DNA of 63,841 nucleotides, filler included, from Klebsormidium nitens (taxonomy: Eukaryota > Plantae > Klebsormidiophyceae): the NCBI GenBank assembly GCA_000708835.1. It is 5 parts of 5 records of this genome, joined end to end, with 100 filler letters (N's around TTAATTAATTAA, not from the genome) between each part and the next. Parts side by side here need not be neighbours in the genome. Positions count along the whole stretch, not along the records: positions 18,607 to 50,229 come from DF237755.1; 4 more parts are not named here. One strand, 5' to 3'. The position numbers and the translations under genes were made by a program. Below the pieces are notes generated by a model that saw nothing but the letters and a program-made list of their open reading frames with translations, searched no databases and had not been told where the DNA came from. The stretch's first letter is position 1. The number at the start of each line of letters is the position of its first letter. This document shows positions 37,601-49,710 of the stretch, piece by piece.

Positions 37601-39400
37601 ACGAGGTGGAACATTTTTGCTCTCTGACGCGACCTGCTGACCGCTGACGGTAAGAACGTCCACCTTAAACCCGCAAGAAGGTTAGCTCAACCTTTTTAAG
37701 CGGAATAATGTTTTCCAACTTTTCCAAGCGAACCTAGGGCCAGAGTCAGTATGACTCAAGCTTTGGTTTTCTTCCGATTGGGAGGGGTAAAGTTCGTTTG
37801 CGCTTTGGCGCGACCTGATTAGGAGAAAGTCTACCCCAGATCAGCACGAAGGTTAGCTCAACCTTAAAACGCTACTCTCCACGCCTTCCCTTGTGTCTTT
37901 CCGTCAAGCTTTTCCGATCCTCTGGTGAGACTAAACCCTCTGGAACCCTTGTCTTGCCTGACGATTTCCTTCTACCTAATTTTGGTAGAAGCAACATGAC
38001 AGCTTTTGAATACTCGACGTCTAGAGATAGGGAGTCGTCAACGGCTGATGCAGGTTAGATCAGGTGGCCATCTTCTTTGGAGACCTTTCTGGTCACAATT
38101 CGTAAACGATTTAAGCTCTGTAAATGGTTCCGCAAGCAACTTGCTGCTAGTTAAGCTGCTGAAACTCTTCGACTAACCCCCAACTAGTTGCACGGAAAGC
38201 CGAGACTCTTCGACTAACCATCAACTAATGAGGGTGGTGTTGTCTCTTTCCAGCAGCCGTTTCCCTGCTCAACGAGTCTCCTGTGACCAAGTATGTTGAC
38301 GAGAAACTAAGCTGCAACCCCCTTTTGGTATCTGCGGCTAACCCTCGTTGTTACCTGTTAACCAGGTACGTTGGGGAGGGCGAGGCCATCTCATTCTGGG
38401 AGCTCGCGGAGCGCGCGCGCTTACTGGGGGAGGTCGCACTCGGATGGCGGACCGCAGCTGACGACATCGAGATCAATCCGCCCAACAAGGTATGCTCCTT
38501 TCCGTTTGCGTCTCTGCTTTTCCGGTGCGTTTCCAAAGACTCCCTCCTGTGCCTAGCTTCTGAAATCGCCCAACTGATAAGGTGCGCTCCTTCTGCGGCC
38601 CTGCGACTTTAAAGGGCCTGATAAGGTGAGCTGATTTTCGATCTCATCCCGGTTCAACTGTTCGGCCGGACATTCTTCTCAAGATCCTCAGTGAACCTTT
38701 CGTAATCAGCCCGCCCACCAAGGTGGGCTCCTTTTCGTTTGCGTCTTTCCGTGTAATCTGCTGAATTTGGATAGTGCACCAAGACTCCCTCGAGCGAAAC
38801 CTTCCGACATGAACCCGCCGAATAAGGAGGGCTCCTTCTGCTCCACGTCGCTCCATTCCGTTCCCTCCTGGAAGATCCTTTTGTGCCTTCCTTTCGAGTC
38901 GTCCGCCCAAGGAGAGCGATCGAAAACAGTCGACCAACTAGGGGGGCTCGCCTTTTCTCCGAAGTGGTTTTTGTGAATCATTCTTCTCACGGAGCCGCTT
39001 TGAGGTCTGTTTCCCTTCAGCTCATATCGATGGTTACGGGCAGTTCAAACCTGCGTTTGCGGCCAGAGAGCCCTAGCTCTTGCAACTTTCATATTTACTC
39101 AATGGAAAGGCTTCGAGTCGCACTATAACAGTGGGCAGCTTTAGCTTGATTCTTTGTGCTTCTCCTTAATGGCTTTGCAATTTCCTCTGTTTTTCTCGCC
39201 TCTCTTCACTTGCGCACTTCAGGCCATGTGTAAAATCAGCTCTTCAGCTTTCATTTCGAATCGAGGTCGATACGACTCTCGCTTCAGACAAATCTCGCTT
39301 GCCGAGTCACCTGATTGACCTGATTTCCCTTTTCCCGCAGGCTCTTTGTCGCCAGTATGATAAGGAAGACGCGATCGTGGTCATTTCAGACTGCCTTTGA
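25617..39400 (+). CDS. CASTOR/POLLUX/DMI1-family cation channel (2 TM + pore + RCK domains) with long N-terminal extension and an in-frame LysM domain; 16 exons, ~1224 aa
   Basis: Exons 25617-26843, 27429-27704, 28162-28336, 29199-29371, 30206-30439, 31171-31335, 32141-32311, 32964-33088, 33603-33699, 34279-34464, 35024-35177, 35775-36000, 36863-36995, 37328-37476, 38366-38489, 39341-39400 sum to 3675 nt with matching phases and no stop. Family motifs: RLAY, LRSGKSRVVESGHVLVLGW, VVVLAEKEKDEME, KALRVVL, LVKLAGG, EEFYIKQWPSL, DSSCLATILLL, IVAEIVD, INPPNK. Exon 1 is the least certain part. Confidence 0.88.
27432..27560 (+). other. LysM domain within exon 2 of the channel gene
   Basis: YEVGTGESLGSVAGFLGVPLEDLKATNPGVSNPLRPGQSLHIP fits the LysM consensus Y-x-V-x-x-G-D/E-S-L-x-x-I/V-A...L-x-x-x-N-P...L-x-P-G-Q-x-L-x-I-P. 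Confidence 0.9.
29025..38840 (+). repeat. Intronic partial exon duplicates ('echoes') throughout the channel gene
   Basis: Copies near 29025, 29445, 29612, 30059, 31059, 32405, 32510, 33105, 33140, 33785, 36100, 36210, 37060, 37620, 37800, 38560, 38700 and 38805, each overlapping a splice junction of the adjacent exon. Confidence 0.85.
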
Positions 39401-41897
39401 GACAACCATCTGCAAGATTGAACATCCAGGGCCAACTGCAGGGCCAAGTGCTGAACAGTCAACGAATATTGAGGATCAAATATCTGGGATACGCGCCTTT
39501 ATAGCTCTTTGCGAGCAACCTGCCAATTTTAGATAGAGAGTGAAGCTTAAAAGTGAGTCCAACTTAGTTGACGCTATACGAACTTCATCAAACTTTCAAA
39601 TTTCCCTCTCCCTCTAAAGCCCGGCGGGATGCTTGAAAAGCGATGTAGTCGTTTTATAGTATAGTAGACCCGCAAGTAAGCACGCACTCGGACCTTCTAG
39701 AAACCAGCAAAGTTGCTCAAAGGTGCTGAATTATAGTTCTTTTGACCAACTTGAGGACCATAGTTCGAAACTACCTAGGTTGCTCAGTGACCACTATATA
39801 GTTCGATCACACAATCGCGAGAGAAATTGCCAGCTGTACTAGAGCTAGCTTTGTTTTGCGCTCATTTGAATCAAGGCTGCCATGCAAACGACGGTATAGA
39901 ACATTGCCGCTTATGCACAGTACAAAGATCGTCCCGGCATCCTTCTCCGAGTTGAGATGCAAATTATAATGCTACGCGTACCGTGTATAACCTGACTTTC
40001 TAGCGGAAAGACTGCCAGCATTTATGGAATATTGGTACTCGCTAGTACGTACAGGCTAAGTGGACGACCGTAGCGGAGTAGAGGCGGGGGGCAGCCGATC
40101 ATTATGGTACGTACAGTATACTGAGCAACAACAATCAAACATGGCGGCTGGCATGCAGTGCCATGCAGTATACACTCATGATCGATCATGAAGGGTCCCG
40201 GGGCCGCATTGCCTGATCATCAAGCTTAGTAACTGCATAGCCTAGTCAAACTCGTTCCAAACCGAAGATGGTTTTAATTTACGGATCCTCGACGACCGAT
40301 CGCATGATCATTTTGCCACGCAACCAGGTCATAGATTGTATATATGCAGTACTCAGAAATGTGGATTTCACAAAAAACTTTTGCCTGTCGCACTTCGAGT
40401 GCAATGGAATGTAAGTTGGCGGCTGGTGACCTGAACGTACGAAAAAGACGTATTTAAGTCAAGGAAGTCGTTTTCGACATGCAAGTGAGTCGAACATGTG
40501 ATTTCTAATCTTAAAACAACCAGGCTAAGACCCCGACTTACTTTCAAGGGATGCCCACTAGTTAAGGAGTTCACAGATATGCAAGTACTGCCATCGGTGG
40601 ACGCTTCAACAACCAAACTTTTGCTAATCAGGGCCTCTAAGGACGAGATTGAAGCTCGTCTACAGAGACGGAATAGCCTTATGGCCTTGCAAATGAGGCA
40701 CTAAGTTCATTATGCCTGGTAATGTAACCAAGCCCGGGTGAACAGCTCGCGAGAGGAATCCGACGTACGTCGACAATCAATGGATCCACACCCGTACTAA
40801 ACAAAAGACGTGGTTTCTACGTTCAGGCTCACATATGATTCAATGACCAAAAGACCGATCGTTTTGCTCGTACATCGATCTTACTCGAGTCCATCGCCCG
40901 GCGCCTCTTGAGCGTCCCTATCGAACACCACACGGGGACAGATTGCTTGCACAGATTGTTTGTCTACAATGACTACGAGACAGGACTTAGCTCTTTCCAA
41001 TACGAGGTTCAGTGAGGTTGCCTCCTCATGCACACGGCTGACTAGCTGTCTGAAATGTCGTCATACGAGCTAACACGCCTTCTATAAAGATAGACTAGTT
41101 GCTCACTCACGGAGTCTCACTAAACTTCTGAGGAAGTCCTTCGAGCGATTCCCAAACCAATACTGACCAGACAATGCAGTTTCAAGTTTTTGGAAGTCGA
41201 GGTCCAGTGACGTCGCCTTCTCGTACGGCTGACTGCCGTCGATCTTTGCATGATGAATAAACACGTCTGATCGCTCTGCCCTCAACAAAGTACTCACATA
41301 CGCAGGTTTTTGACGAAACCTCGCCGCTTTCAAAGTACTCTCCCTCAACAAAACCCTAGCCGTCGAAACTTCATCAAACCTAAGAACGCGAGACTTCTAC
41401 AGAGCCGCAAGATCTAACTCTGCCCCTTATATCCCAAGCCTTTCCCTTCGGGCCCGCGTCGGCAAACCCTCCAAACGCCCCCACCTAACCCGGAAAAACC
41501 TAGTACCCATCCGTAAGTTACAGCCCCTTAACCCCGCCGCAAGCTGGCAAGCACAGCCAAGCAGCCCCGCCTCGGAGAGCCCCTCTGGGCGGTCGAAACG
41601 CCTCAGCTTAAACTCCCCTAACCCGCAAAACCGTACGACGGGTAACTGCCTCTTAGCCCGCCGGGACATAGCAATCAATCCGCCTCGGAAGAGCCCCTCT
41701 GGGCGGTTGAAACGCCTCCCCTCAAAACCCTAAGCCCTGAAACCTGACGAAGGATTACTGCCCAACCTTAAACCGTACGACGGGTTACTGCCCCTTAACC
41801 CTTCGCGCCTGGGCATACGGCCCCGCCTCGAGGAGCCCCTCCGGGCGGTTCAAACGAACCGACCTCAAACCCTAAACTCTCGTAGCGTGAAATAGGA

Positions 41898-44800
41898 TCA
41901 TTCCCCTTTAACCCTCCTCGCCTTGGCACCCGGCCCTGCCTCGGAGAGTCCCTCCGGGCGGTCAAGAATCGACGCGTTAACGTAACGGTGCACGGCCATC
42001 GCGTAGTCGAAGACGGGAAGGTCGGTCGCGTCGGAGCCGAACGGATCGGAGAGCGCGCACGACAGCTCGCGCAGGCCCAGCAGCGAAACGGTCGTCAGCA
42101 GCATGCCAATAATGGAGTAGTAGTAGCTGCAAAAAGGAGGGCACTTTAACCTCAGGTTTGTTTTTTTGGTTAACTTTTTCCCTATCTGTAGCCAGTCTGG
42201 GTTTGATTCCGTGAGGGAGACGGTGGTTAGCAACATGCCGATGATGGAGTAGTAGTAGCTGCGAAAAAGATGACACTCCAATCTCAGGTTTGTGTTTTGC
42301 TTTTCTTTCGTGCCTTTTTAATCGTTGAGTTTGCCGGTCTACAAGGCGCCGACGGTTCGTCCATGATTCTATATTGATGGAGTATTAGTAGTGCAAGAGG
42401 TTTGAACCTAAAGTTCGGGTTGAACCTTCTCGTTTCCTTCTTTGGGTCTGGTCCACAGATTTCATTTTGAAACCCGACCTACGGGGTGACATTCATCAGT
42501 GGTTATGTTTACTGGCGAGCGGATAAAGGTTTTGTATACGCGCGCCCTTTCAAGATTCAACCCCGTTGCTTTCCGCCCTCTCAATTTCTGCTGCTGTTCC
42601 ATCAAAGAGTCAGCAACACTTCTAGACAAGACGACGACGAAAAGATGTACAGGAGTTAATCAGCTGTCCGAAGCGGCAGGCGGGATAGTTGCCTGCTTTT
42701 GCCAATAACAAAGTTGGGTTTCGGGAATCAAGGACTCCACCGCTGTCTTAATTCCTGTACATGCAGTAAGGGTAGGCCAGCAGATGAAGATAACCGACGC
42801 GAACCGCATTCAGGAGATGGGAAATAACACCTTGATACTTGAAAAAATAAGATGGCTGGCTACTAATCGCCAATAACAAATTTCTGAAGTCCAGTTACTG
42901 TTATCATACCTGTACATGCAGTAAGTGTATGCCAGCAGAAGCAGGTACCCGACGAGGACTGCGTTGAGCAAGTGGAAGAAGGCAAACGGCACGGGCATCG
43001 CCATGTAATCGTAGATGATCCCAATATTGGCCACCAGCTGCGAGAAAATAAATAAAGAGGGCGTCGGAATCCAAAATCCTGCCCGGCTGAAGCTTGTTGA
43101 TCATCCATTTGGTTCCGGGTAATTGGCCGGTGAGCGAATGATTGGAAGAGATCTCTCGTCTTGTGGCGCACTCTTGTTATGCTACTTTCGTGCACCTGAA
43201 TGAGGAACTTTCATCCAACGATTCACACTCTTTTCGGCAATATGCTTCAAAGCGATCGAGCCCTGCCAGCAATCCACTGGTCGAGGAAGCAGAGGAAGGT
43301 GTGGCCGCTAACCAGGTTCAATAACCAGATTTCGGTCTGGTTCTTTGACCAAAAAGCGCGTTTTAGCCATGTTAAAACCAGGTTAGTGCTCGAGTCCAGT
43401 CATTGGACAGTTAACCAGCTTCGAACCAGCCCGTAAACGACTATGATTATTCACCGAAAAACCCTGTCAAGGACGAACGCCCCGACGCCCTCTTTGGAAA
43501 AAAGTGAGGGTTAGGATGGACGCTGATGTTCTACAGTACGATTGCTCACCTAAAACCGGCTTGTTCTGTCACACGGTTTGATTAGTGAGACGGCGAATTA
43601 TGAATGAACTGCGAATCAAGTCACTGACGACCTCGGATCAACGAAAGTGACTGCTACTATCTTGTCAACATCGTTGCATCGTTGGAGACTGGGGGATTGC
43701 TCGGAGCAGCACAGAAGAAGCCGAAAGAGAGATCTGCGCCACATGCTGTCGCTTTCCGTATGGGCTTTTGTTTTGGTAAAAGTAAGGTTCTGACGGGCTT
43801 TAAATCCAGGACACAGGAACGTCAGAAGTCTCAGAAAGAACATGTTGGCAACAGCAAGTGAGGCTCGGCAGGGATCGTGCTGGGACCACAAAAAAGTTTA
43901 CTGATGCTATGTCATGGGCGTGTCCCTTTTAAATAACCAGTCAGCCAACAGGAAGAGGGAAAGCACACGGAGTGTGGAGATGCTTACGTCATTGGTGTAC
44001 TCCACGAAGCGGTCGAGCTCGACGTTGCTGATGTCATCGTTGACGAAGTGCGCGTGCAGGCGGTGGCACATCCACACCGAGAGCTCCTTGAACGCCTTGC
44101 CGTCTACAAAGCCGGGTTAAGACATGAGGTTAAATTCGGAAAACGGGCTAAGAAACGGGTTGAGGGGCAAGTCATCATTGACGAACTGCGCGGCACATCC
44201 ACACTGCGAGCTCCTTGAACGCCTTGCCGTCTGCAAAGCTGGGTTAAGAAATAAGTATAGAACGGGTTATAAAACGGGCTAAGGAACCAATCGAGGAACG
44301 GGTTATCGTTTACAGAATGTGCGTGCAGCTCTTGAGACATTCACACTGCGAGCTCCTTGAATGCCTTGCCGTCTGCAAAAAGGGTCAAGGCACGGGTTAA
44401 GAAACGGGTCATGGCGAGGTCACCAAACGGACGGCGAGAAACTGGGTTACAACTAGTTGGGTTCCTCAAATCCATCAAAGATTTGTCGAGGGCTAGCTTC
44501 ACCTGTTGGGTAATTTGGGGGCGGAAATGGTGCTACCCAGAAGTCAAGTACTCAAGCTGGGCGCGCTTCTACGTGTGGCAGTCATGAAAGGTCACGATAA
44601 CCATTCCACAAGCAACTATTATGGAGCGGAATCTGATTTTACATCCGACGTTTCGATAGCAATCCCAAGTCTGTTAACTGGTAACACGATCGAGAAAATG
44701 TCTTGGCAATCCGCGTTCGAAGCAATGAACAACGCTTTGAGAGAGGACGGAAGCGAACGGTGCAAACCAGGAAGGGAACCGGAACAGAACGGAACGCGGA

Positions 44801-47800
44801 TTGCAAAGACGGGACAGCCAAAACGGACCCTGGAACAGAGGAAGTGAAAGGCCCAAAAAATGAAAGCGGAGGGCGGAGTTGAAGGGAAGACGGATGGCGG
44901 AAAGAAAAATGGATGGGGAGAACGGGAGGGGGAAGGTCGGACAGTGGAGATTTGGGAGCCAATGCGGGAAACGAAAGGAGGGGCACGAAACGAGAGAGCA
45001 GGACAAAACCCTGAGAAGCGAAAGAGCGGACAGAACGGAACGGGGAGAGGAGAAAGCGATGCAGAAGCGGTGAATGCAAGAAACGCAACGGGGAAGAGGG
45101 AAGTGGACAAACCGAAAGGTGGACAGCAATAAAGCGGAAAGTCGAAGTGGAAGGCGGAAGGCGTAAAGCGGAAGTGGAAAGAGAAAAACGGAAAGGGGAC
45201 AGCGGGACGAAACGGAAAAAGCGAGGAGAAAGCGAGGAGAAAGGAGTATTTTTGAAAAGCAAAAGCTTAAAGAACAATGTGCGGAAGGCGATGCTCAAAA
45301 GTTCTGGGGCGAACTAGGGGTGGAGACTCACTGGGTACCTTCCTCAGGATTGCGACTTCGGTCGGAGTCAGAAGGCCAGTGTCCTCGACCCGTTTCCATG
45401 CCCACTCTCCCGCGCCGTTGGCTTTGTAGAAGGGAAGGTTAGCGTAACCCAGATCTGCATTGCATGGACCGTGCAAGTGGGTTAGCATAAACCGGAGCTC
45501 GCAGCATCTCGTTTGCGCAGAGCTGTTAGCACGACTTCCGAACTGTCAATGGTAGGCTATGGAGAAGAAAGTCCGCCCGGCAGGTTATTATAGCCCAACA
45601 CATCTACTGCCAGTGTTCACTGGACTGGGAATGAAGGAATCGTTCCGCCCCCTTTGTGAGCGGAAGGTACAAACGCCCTAGAGTCGCATGTGATCGAGAA
45701 ATCAGAATGAACGCAAAAACATGCCACGTCACTCACACTCGATTGACACCGCATAGCGCGCAAGGAGCATCCTGGTTTCCCGAGCGCCGGGGAAGCAGTC
45801 GTCAGCAAACGCCATCCGGAAGAGTGGCGTCAGACGGTTGTTAATGCGGCCCTGCAATGAATGAGTTGAGAAGAGGTGAATTGGCGTCTCTTCGTGACCG
45901 TCTTCTAAAATCAAAGAGGGTTTTGAGCTTGTGGTTTCTGCTTCGAACACTCTTGCGACCAAAACCCTGAAATCTTGGAACTCTGAGATCCTGAAATCCT
46001 CAAACCCGAAAAAGCACAAACCCGAAAGAGCGAAGCACTGTAGATCCCAAGTACCCCAAGTGAAAGGGGCCTCCTAGTGTTAACCCTAAAACTTGTAGCA
46101 ACTTTAGATACAAAAACAGGCTCAGCGAAATCTGTCGTCAGAAACGTCCTTTACTTTTGTCATCTTGGCTTATCAGTAACCACCTATCCGGCGGATATCA
46201 AGCTACTGAGGTGCGTTCCCGCCCTATTCTGCTCCTTTTCAAAAAGGCGAGCCACATTTTGCAAGGGATACGCAACCTTTCTTGTGATGATAATCGGCAC
46301 ATTCTACAATCGAGAGCAACCGAGAGCTCTGTTAACATTTGAGCCCCAGTCCCACACTTATCAAAGCGCAGCCACAAACATATTGTGGGCTCTTGGGGGT
46401 TACAACATCTGTTTGTAAGGCGAATATGCAAGCAAGGTACATGGACCCTAGGAACTGAAATAAGGGGGTCCAAACTCAAAACTTACAGCCAAACACCCTT
46501 GGAACTTTGGGAACCCTAAAATCTTCAAACCCTAAGAGAAAGTAATTGCTTACATCCACTCTGGCAGTTGCGAGGTACTGCTCGAAGAAGCGGCTGTAGG
46601 CTTGGCTCGTGTGGAAAACCATGAAGAAGACAATCATGGTTCCGGGGATAACTGCAAGGGAAAACTTGGGGTTAACCAACTATGATCGCAGTTCTAGTTT
46701 AGTCCCGCTTGACTTGGATGGGTGATATTTTGGTACGGGTGACATCTGCTTCCCTAGAAGGTTCAGTGATTGTCAGTGCACTGGGAGGAAACTCGCAACC
46801 GAGCTCACTGAATTGATGCCACATTGAGTTAGCTCTCAGAAGTGCGTCAAGGTTTGACCACAGCAGAGTGAGAAGTCACTATGGAAGGGCAAAGGGAAAG
46901 GGTCTGGGTTCCCGAGGAAGGAAAAGCCAAAGCTGCAAAGAGTGTAGTTTGTGAATTATGTAGACAGCTGAAATCTTAATTGTCTCAAGAGCAAAGTATG
47001 AGCTGACCACTTTTTTGGACCTCAGAAATTCCTCAACAATCGCACATACATTCAAAGCAGAGCAGAACTTTTCCAGTCCCTTGAGAACACCCAAACAAAA
47101 GTAAAAGTATGGTTTTGCGTGAGACATATAGCATCAGTAAGTGAATGTTGGGGGAAGCTTTGAAATGGGGTGAGAACCCTCACCAAATTCCAGATTTCCT
47201 CTTTCTGTAATGCTCCGGACATGACAAAAGGCGCTACGGGTAATCTTGGAAAGGCAAAACCGCTGAAAGGGGCTGCTAAGTAAACCTATGAATGTAAGAT
47301 GGAAGCAAGGCAGTTTCTCCCGCAGTTACAAGCCCAGCACCTGGACATTACCTATTGTCTTTTATCGGTCCTGCCCAGAACCTCATAGAACAATGTATAT
47401 GGTTACGATGGGCAAACGAACCCACACTTTTCGCCATATTTCTGAAATTTACCTCCCTGTCGCCCGTTGTTTGACCTCAATCTGCTAGCTAACTACACAT
47501 CCAATAACCTAACCCATGAGGCTATCTCCTTGTCAAGAGGCCACTGACTCCTTAAAAAGCATCAGCGTCCAATTCGACTGTAAACCCAGTCTCTCCCACT
47601 GGATTTCAAGTCAATTGGACTCTAGGAAAGCCAAAAACAATCATTCAAGCTGATCAATCTGACCCAATCTTAAATGGCTCAACAGAATTGTGAGTACATT
47701 CTGTGGTGGTAGCGAATTGTGCATACATTCTGTGGTGGTGGCTCTATGAAGGGCTCTACTCTTTTTCAACAAGAGCCCACAACATATCTGCACTTAGTCA

Positions 47801-48491
47801 GCTCCACACTTTGCACATTATGAGCTGAACATCCCTGCACAATCTTAGTTAAAAGAGTTTTACAAGAAGGCAGCAGAGATTAATCGGACCAGAAAAGGCC
47901 ACATACCAACTGGCACTGGCACATACATGGGCGTTAATGGTCACTCACCTTCCTTTAGGCCTCAAGTTAAAAGGAAGCTCAAACCAAACCCGCCTCAAGA
48001 ATTGAGCAGCTTACTGAGTAGTTACTACAACTACTCTGAAAAGAAAGCTCACCAATCGTTGTGGGCGACAGGAATGGCCACGACTGCTGGGAGCCGTTGC
48101 TGCTGCTAACCAGCACCGGGTTATGCGAAACCTGGTAGTACATGAGGCAGAGGAACACGTGCACCAACATGATGAGGTAGAAATCCGGGCGCATCAGAAC
48201 CATCTCGAGCGCCGTGCCCCCCATTTTGATAAGCGCAATGAACGGCGACTGCGGGTCGTAGATTATCGTCTTGGGGGGCACCTTCCCAGCCTTCCGCAGC
48301 TCTGCCAGGGGATCCCCCTCTTCCAAAGCGGGGGGGGGTGCAGGAGCAGGGATGATGGGCCCCAATTCTGCCCCCTCTTTGTGGATTGCCATGTTTTCAA
48401 GGCCCTTGAAGACTTTGTCGTAGCCGTCTGCGGCTTGCGAGGGGACGTCTACGGTCACGTCATCCTTGGGAGTGGGGTCAGGCGCCATCAT
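41898..48491 (-). CDS. Bestrophin-family (RFP-TM) anion channel, multi-exon
   Basis: Exons read MMAPDPTPK..YYQ (48491-48132), VIPGTMIVFFMVFHTSQAYSRFFEQY (~46655-46555), GRINNRLTPLFRMAF (~45850-45735), GLLTPTEVAILRKVP (~45455-45333), NGKAFKELSVW (~44105-43987), LVANIGIIYDYMAMPVPFAFFHLL (~43039-42910), and SYYYSIIGML..LRELSCALSDPFGSDATDLP (42126-41898). DPFGxDxxDLP is the bestrophin signature. At least one small exon between 48132 and 46655 is unresolved. Confidence 0.85.
44860..45270. repeat. Low-complexity GA-rich tract in a bestrophin intron
   Basis: Plus strand is almost entirely A/G with interspersed C (GGAA/AACGG-type words); the open frames here are compositional. Confidence 0.8.
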
Positions 48492-48871
48492 TTACAAGAG
48501 CAGCTCAGAAAGATTTTTCCTGCTGCAGAAGAAACCTGGAGCTTACTCGGCTAAGGAAGGCGCTCTTTGACAGCAGCGATGCAATGCGTAGACTGTGCAC
48601 AATGCGCTCCTGTTGCCGGGACCGCGAGTCGCGACCTGCACGAAGAGGAAGAAGCAGACAAAGGCGGCAAGTCCGGTAACCGGTTGCTGTGACTAGAGTC
48701 ATCATGGAATTAAAGGGGGTAGTAATGATGGCTCCTACTACTGGTACTAGCGCTCATCTCCCCAACTGTCAAATACCGTAGGCACACACACTAGGTACAT
48801 GTATGGTAGGTACCTAGGTACCTACTAGAAGTTGGTGCAGAGCAAAGCAGATGCCAGTAGCTATTACCGTA

Positions 48872-49065
48872 CCAATTGTCCGGTTGGGCAACAATTAAAT
48901 ATTCTTTGACTTGCCCAAAAATCTGAAATGAAAATAAATTCCAATCAAAGATTTGCAGGCCATGTTGCCCCATTAGAAAACGAATAAATGGATAAATGAA
49001 GCTGCCCAAAATACATAAGATATGAGTTTAATATCGGGCAAAAATCTGCCCAACCGGACAATTGG
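48872..49065. mobile_element. MITE with 19-bp perfect TIR
   Basis: CCAATTGTCCGGTTGGGCA (48872-48890) and its reverse complement (49047-49065); both ends are flanked by TACCGTA (48865-48871 and 49066-49072). Confidence 0.8.
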
Positions 49066-49368
49066 TACCGTACCTGCAAGACCTAGCTAACATAGTACCA
49101 TAAGTACCTGGTGACAGTCTGTCAATTGTACTGGCAACTGACTCGTGTGACCGAAGTATTATGGGCGTGTACGGTGTAACTAACATTCAAACTACCCGGG
49201 CAAACAAACCCTAAACCAAACTAATATAGGTACATGCTCCGCACCCGAACCCACCCTAACCGCCTTACCTACGGCACCCTATGTCCCGGGGATGGCAGCG
49301 CAAATGATGCAGCATTTTGGCTTATAGATATAAGTTGCTGTAATTTTGTTTCATGTTGAAATAATTTT

Positions 49369-49465
49369 GTATCGAGTTGCTGGAGTTTGTAATCGAGTTG
49401 CTGGAGTTTGTAATCGAGTTGTTGGAGTTTGTAATCGAGTTGAAGTACTTCGTAATCGAGTTGTT
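49369..49465. repeat. 21-bp minisatellite, ~4.5 copies
   Basis: Unit GTAATCGAGTTGCTGGAGTTT, repeated with a few substitutions. Confidence 0.9.
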
Positions 49466-49710
49466 GAATCGACTCGCGGGTGACGGAGCACCACCTAAAT
49501 TCGCGGAGTAAGTCGATGACATACTTCTGTGCCGTCCGATCAGAGACAGCAATGATCGGACGGTTGATGAGTGCATGATAAGTTATCGATAACTTCCATT
49601 TCCATGTTCATGCAGTAAAAAGTATAATGTTTGTATATCCATAAAATAAAAGGCTTATTAGAGTGGTACACCAGAATATCTCAGCCCGGATCAGTGCTTA
49701 CGGTTGTACG

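Noticed and set aside
40368-41351. Short ORFs between the channel and bestrophin genes
   Set aside because: No recognisable motifs, no convincing splice chain and no coding-like GC3 bias.
44619-45298. Several 150-219-aa ORFs
   Set aside because: They arise from the low-complexity GA/CT tract in a bestrophin intron and have no domain signal.
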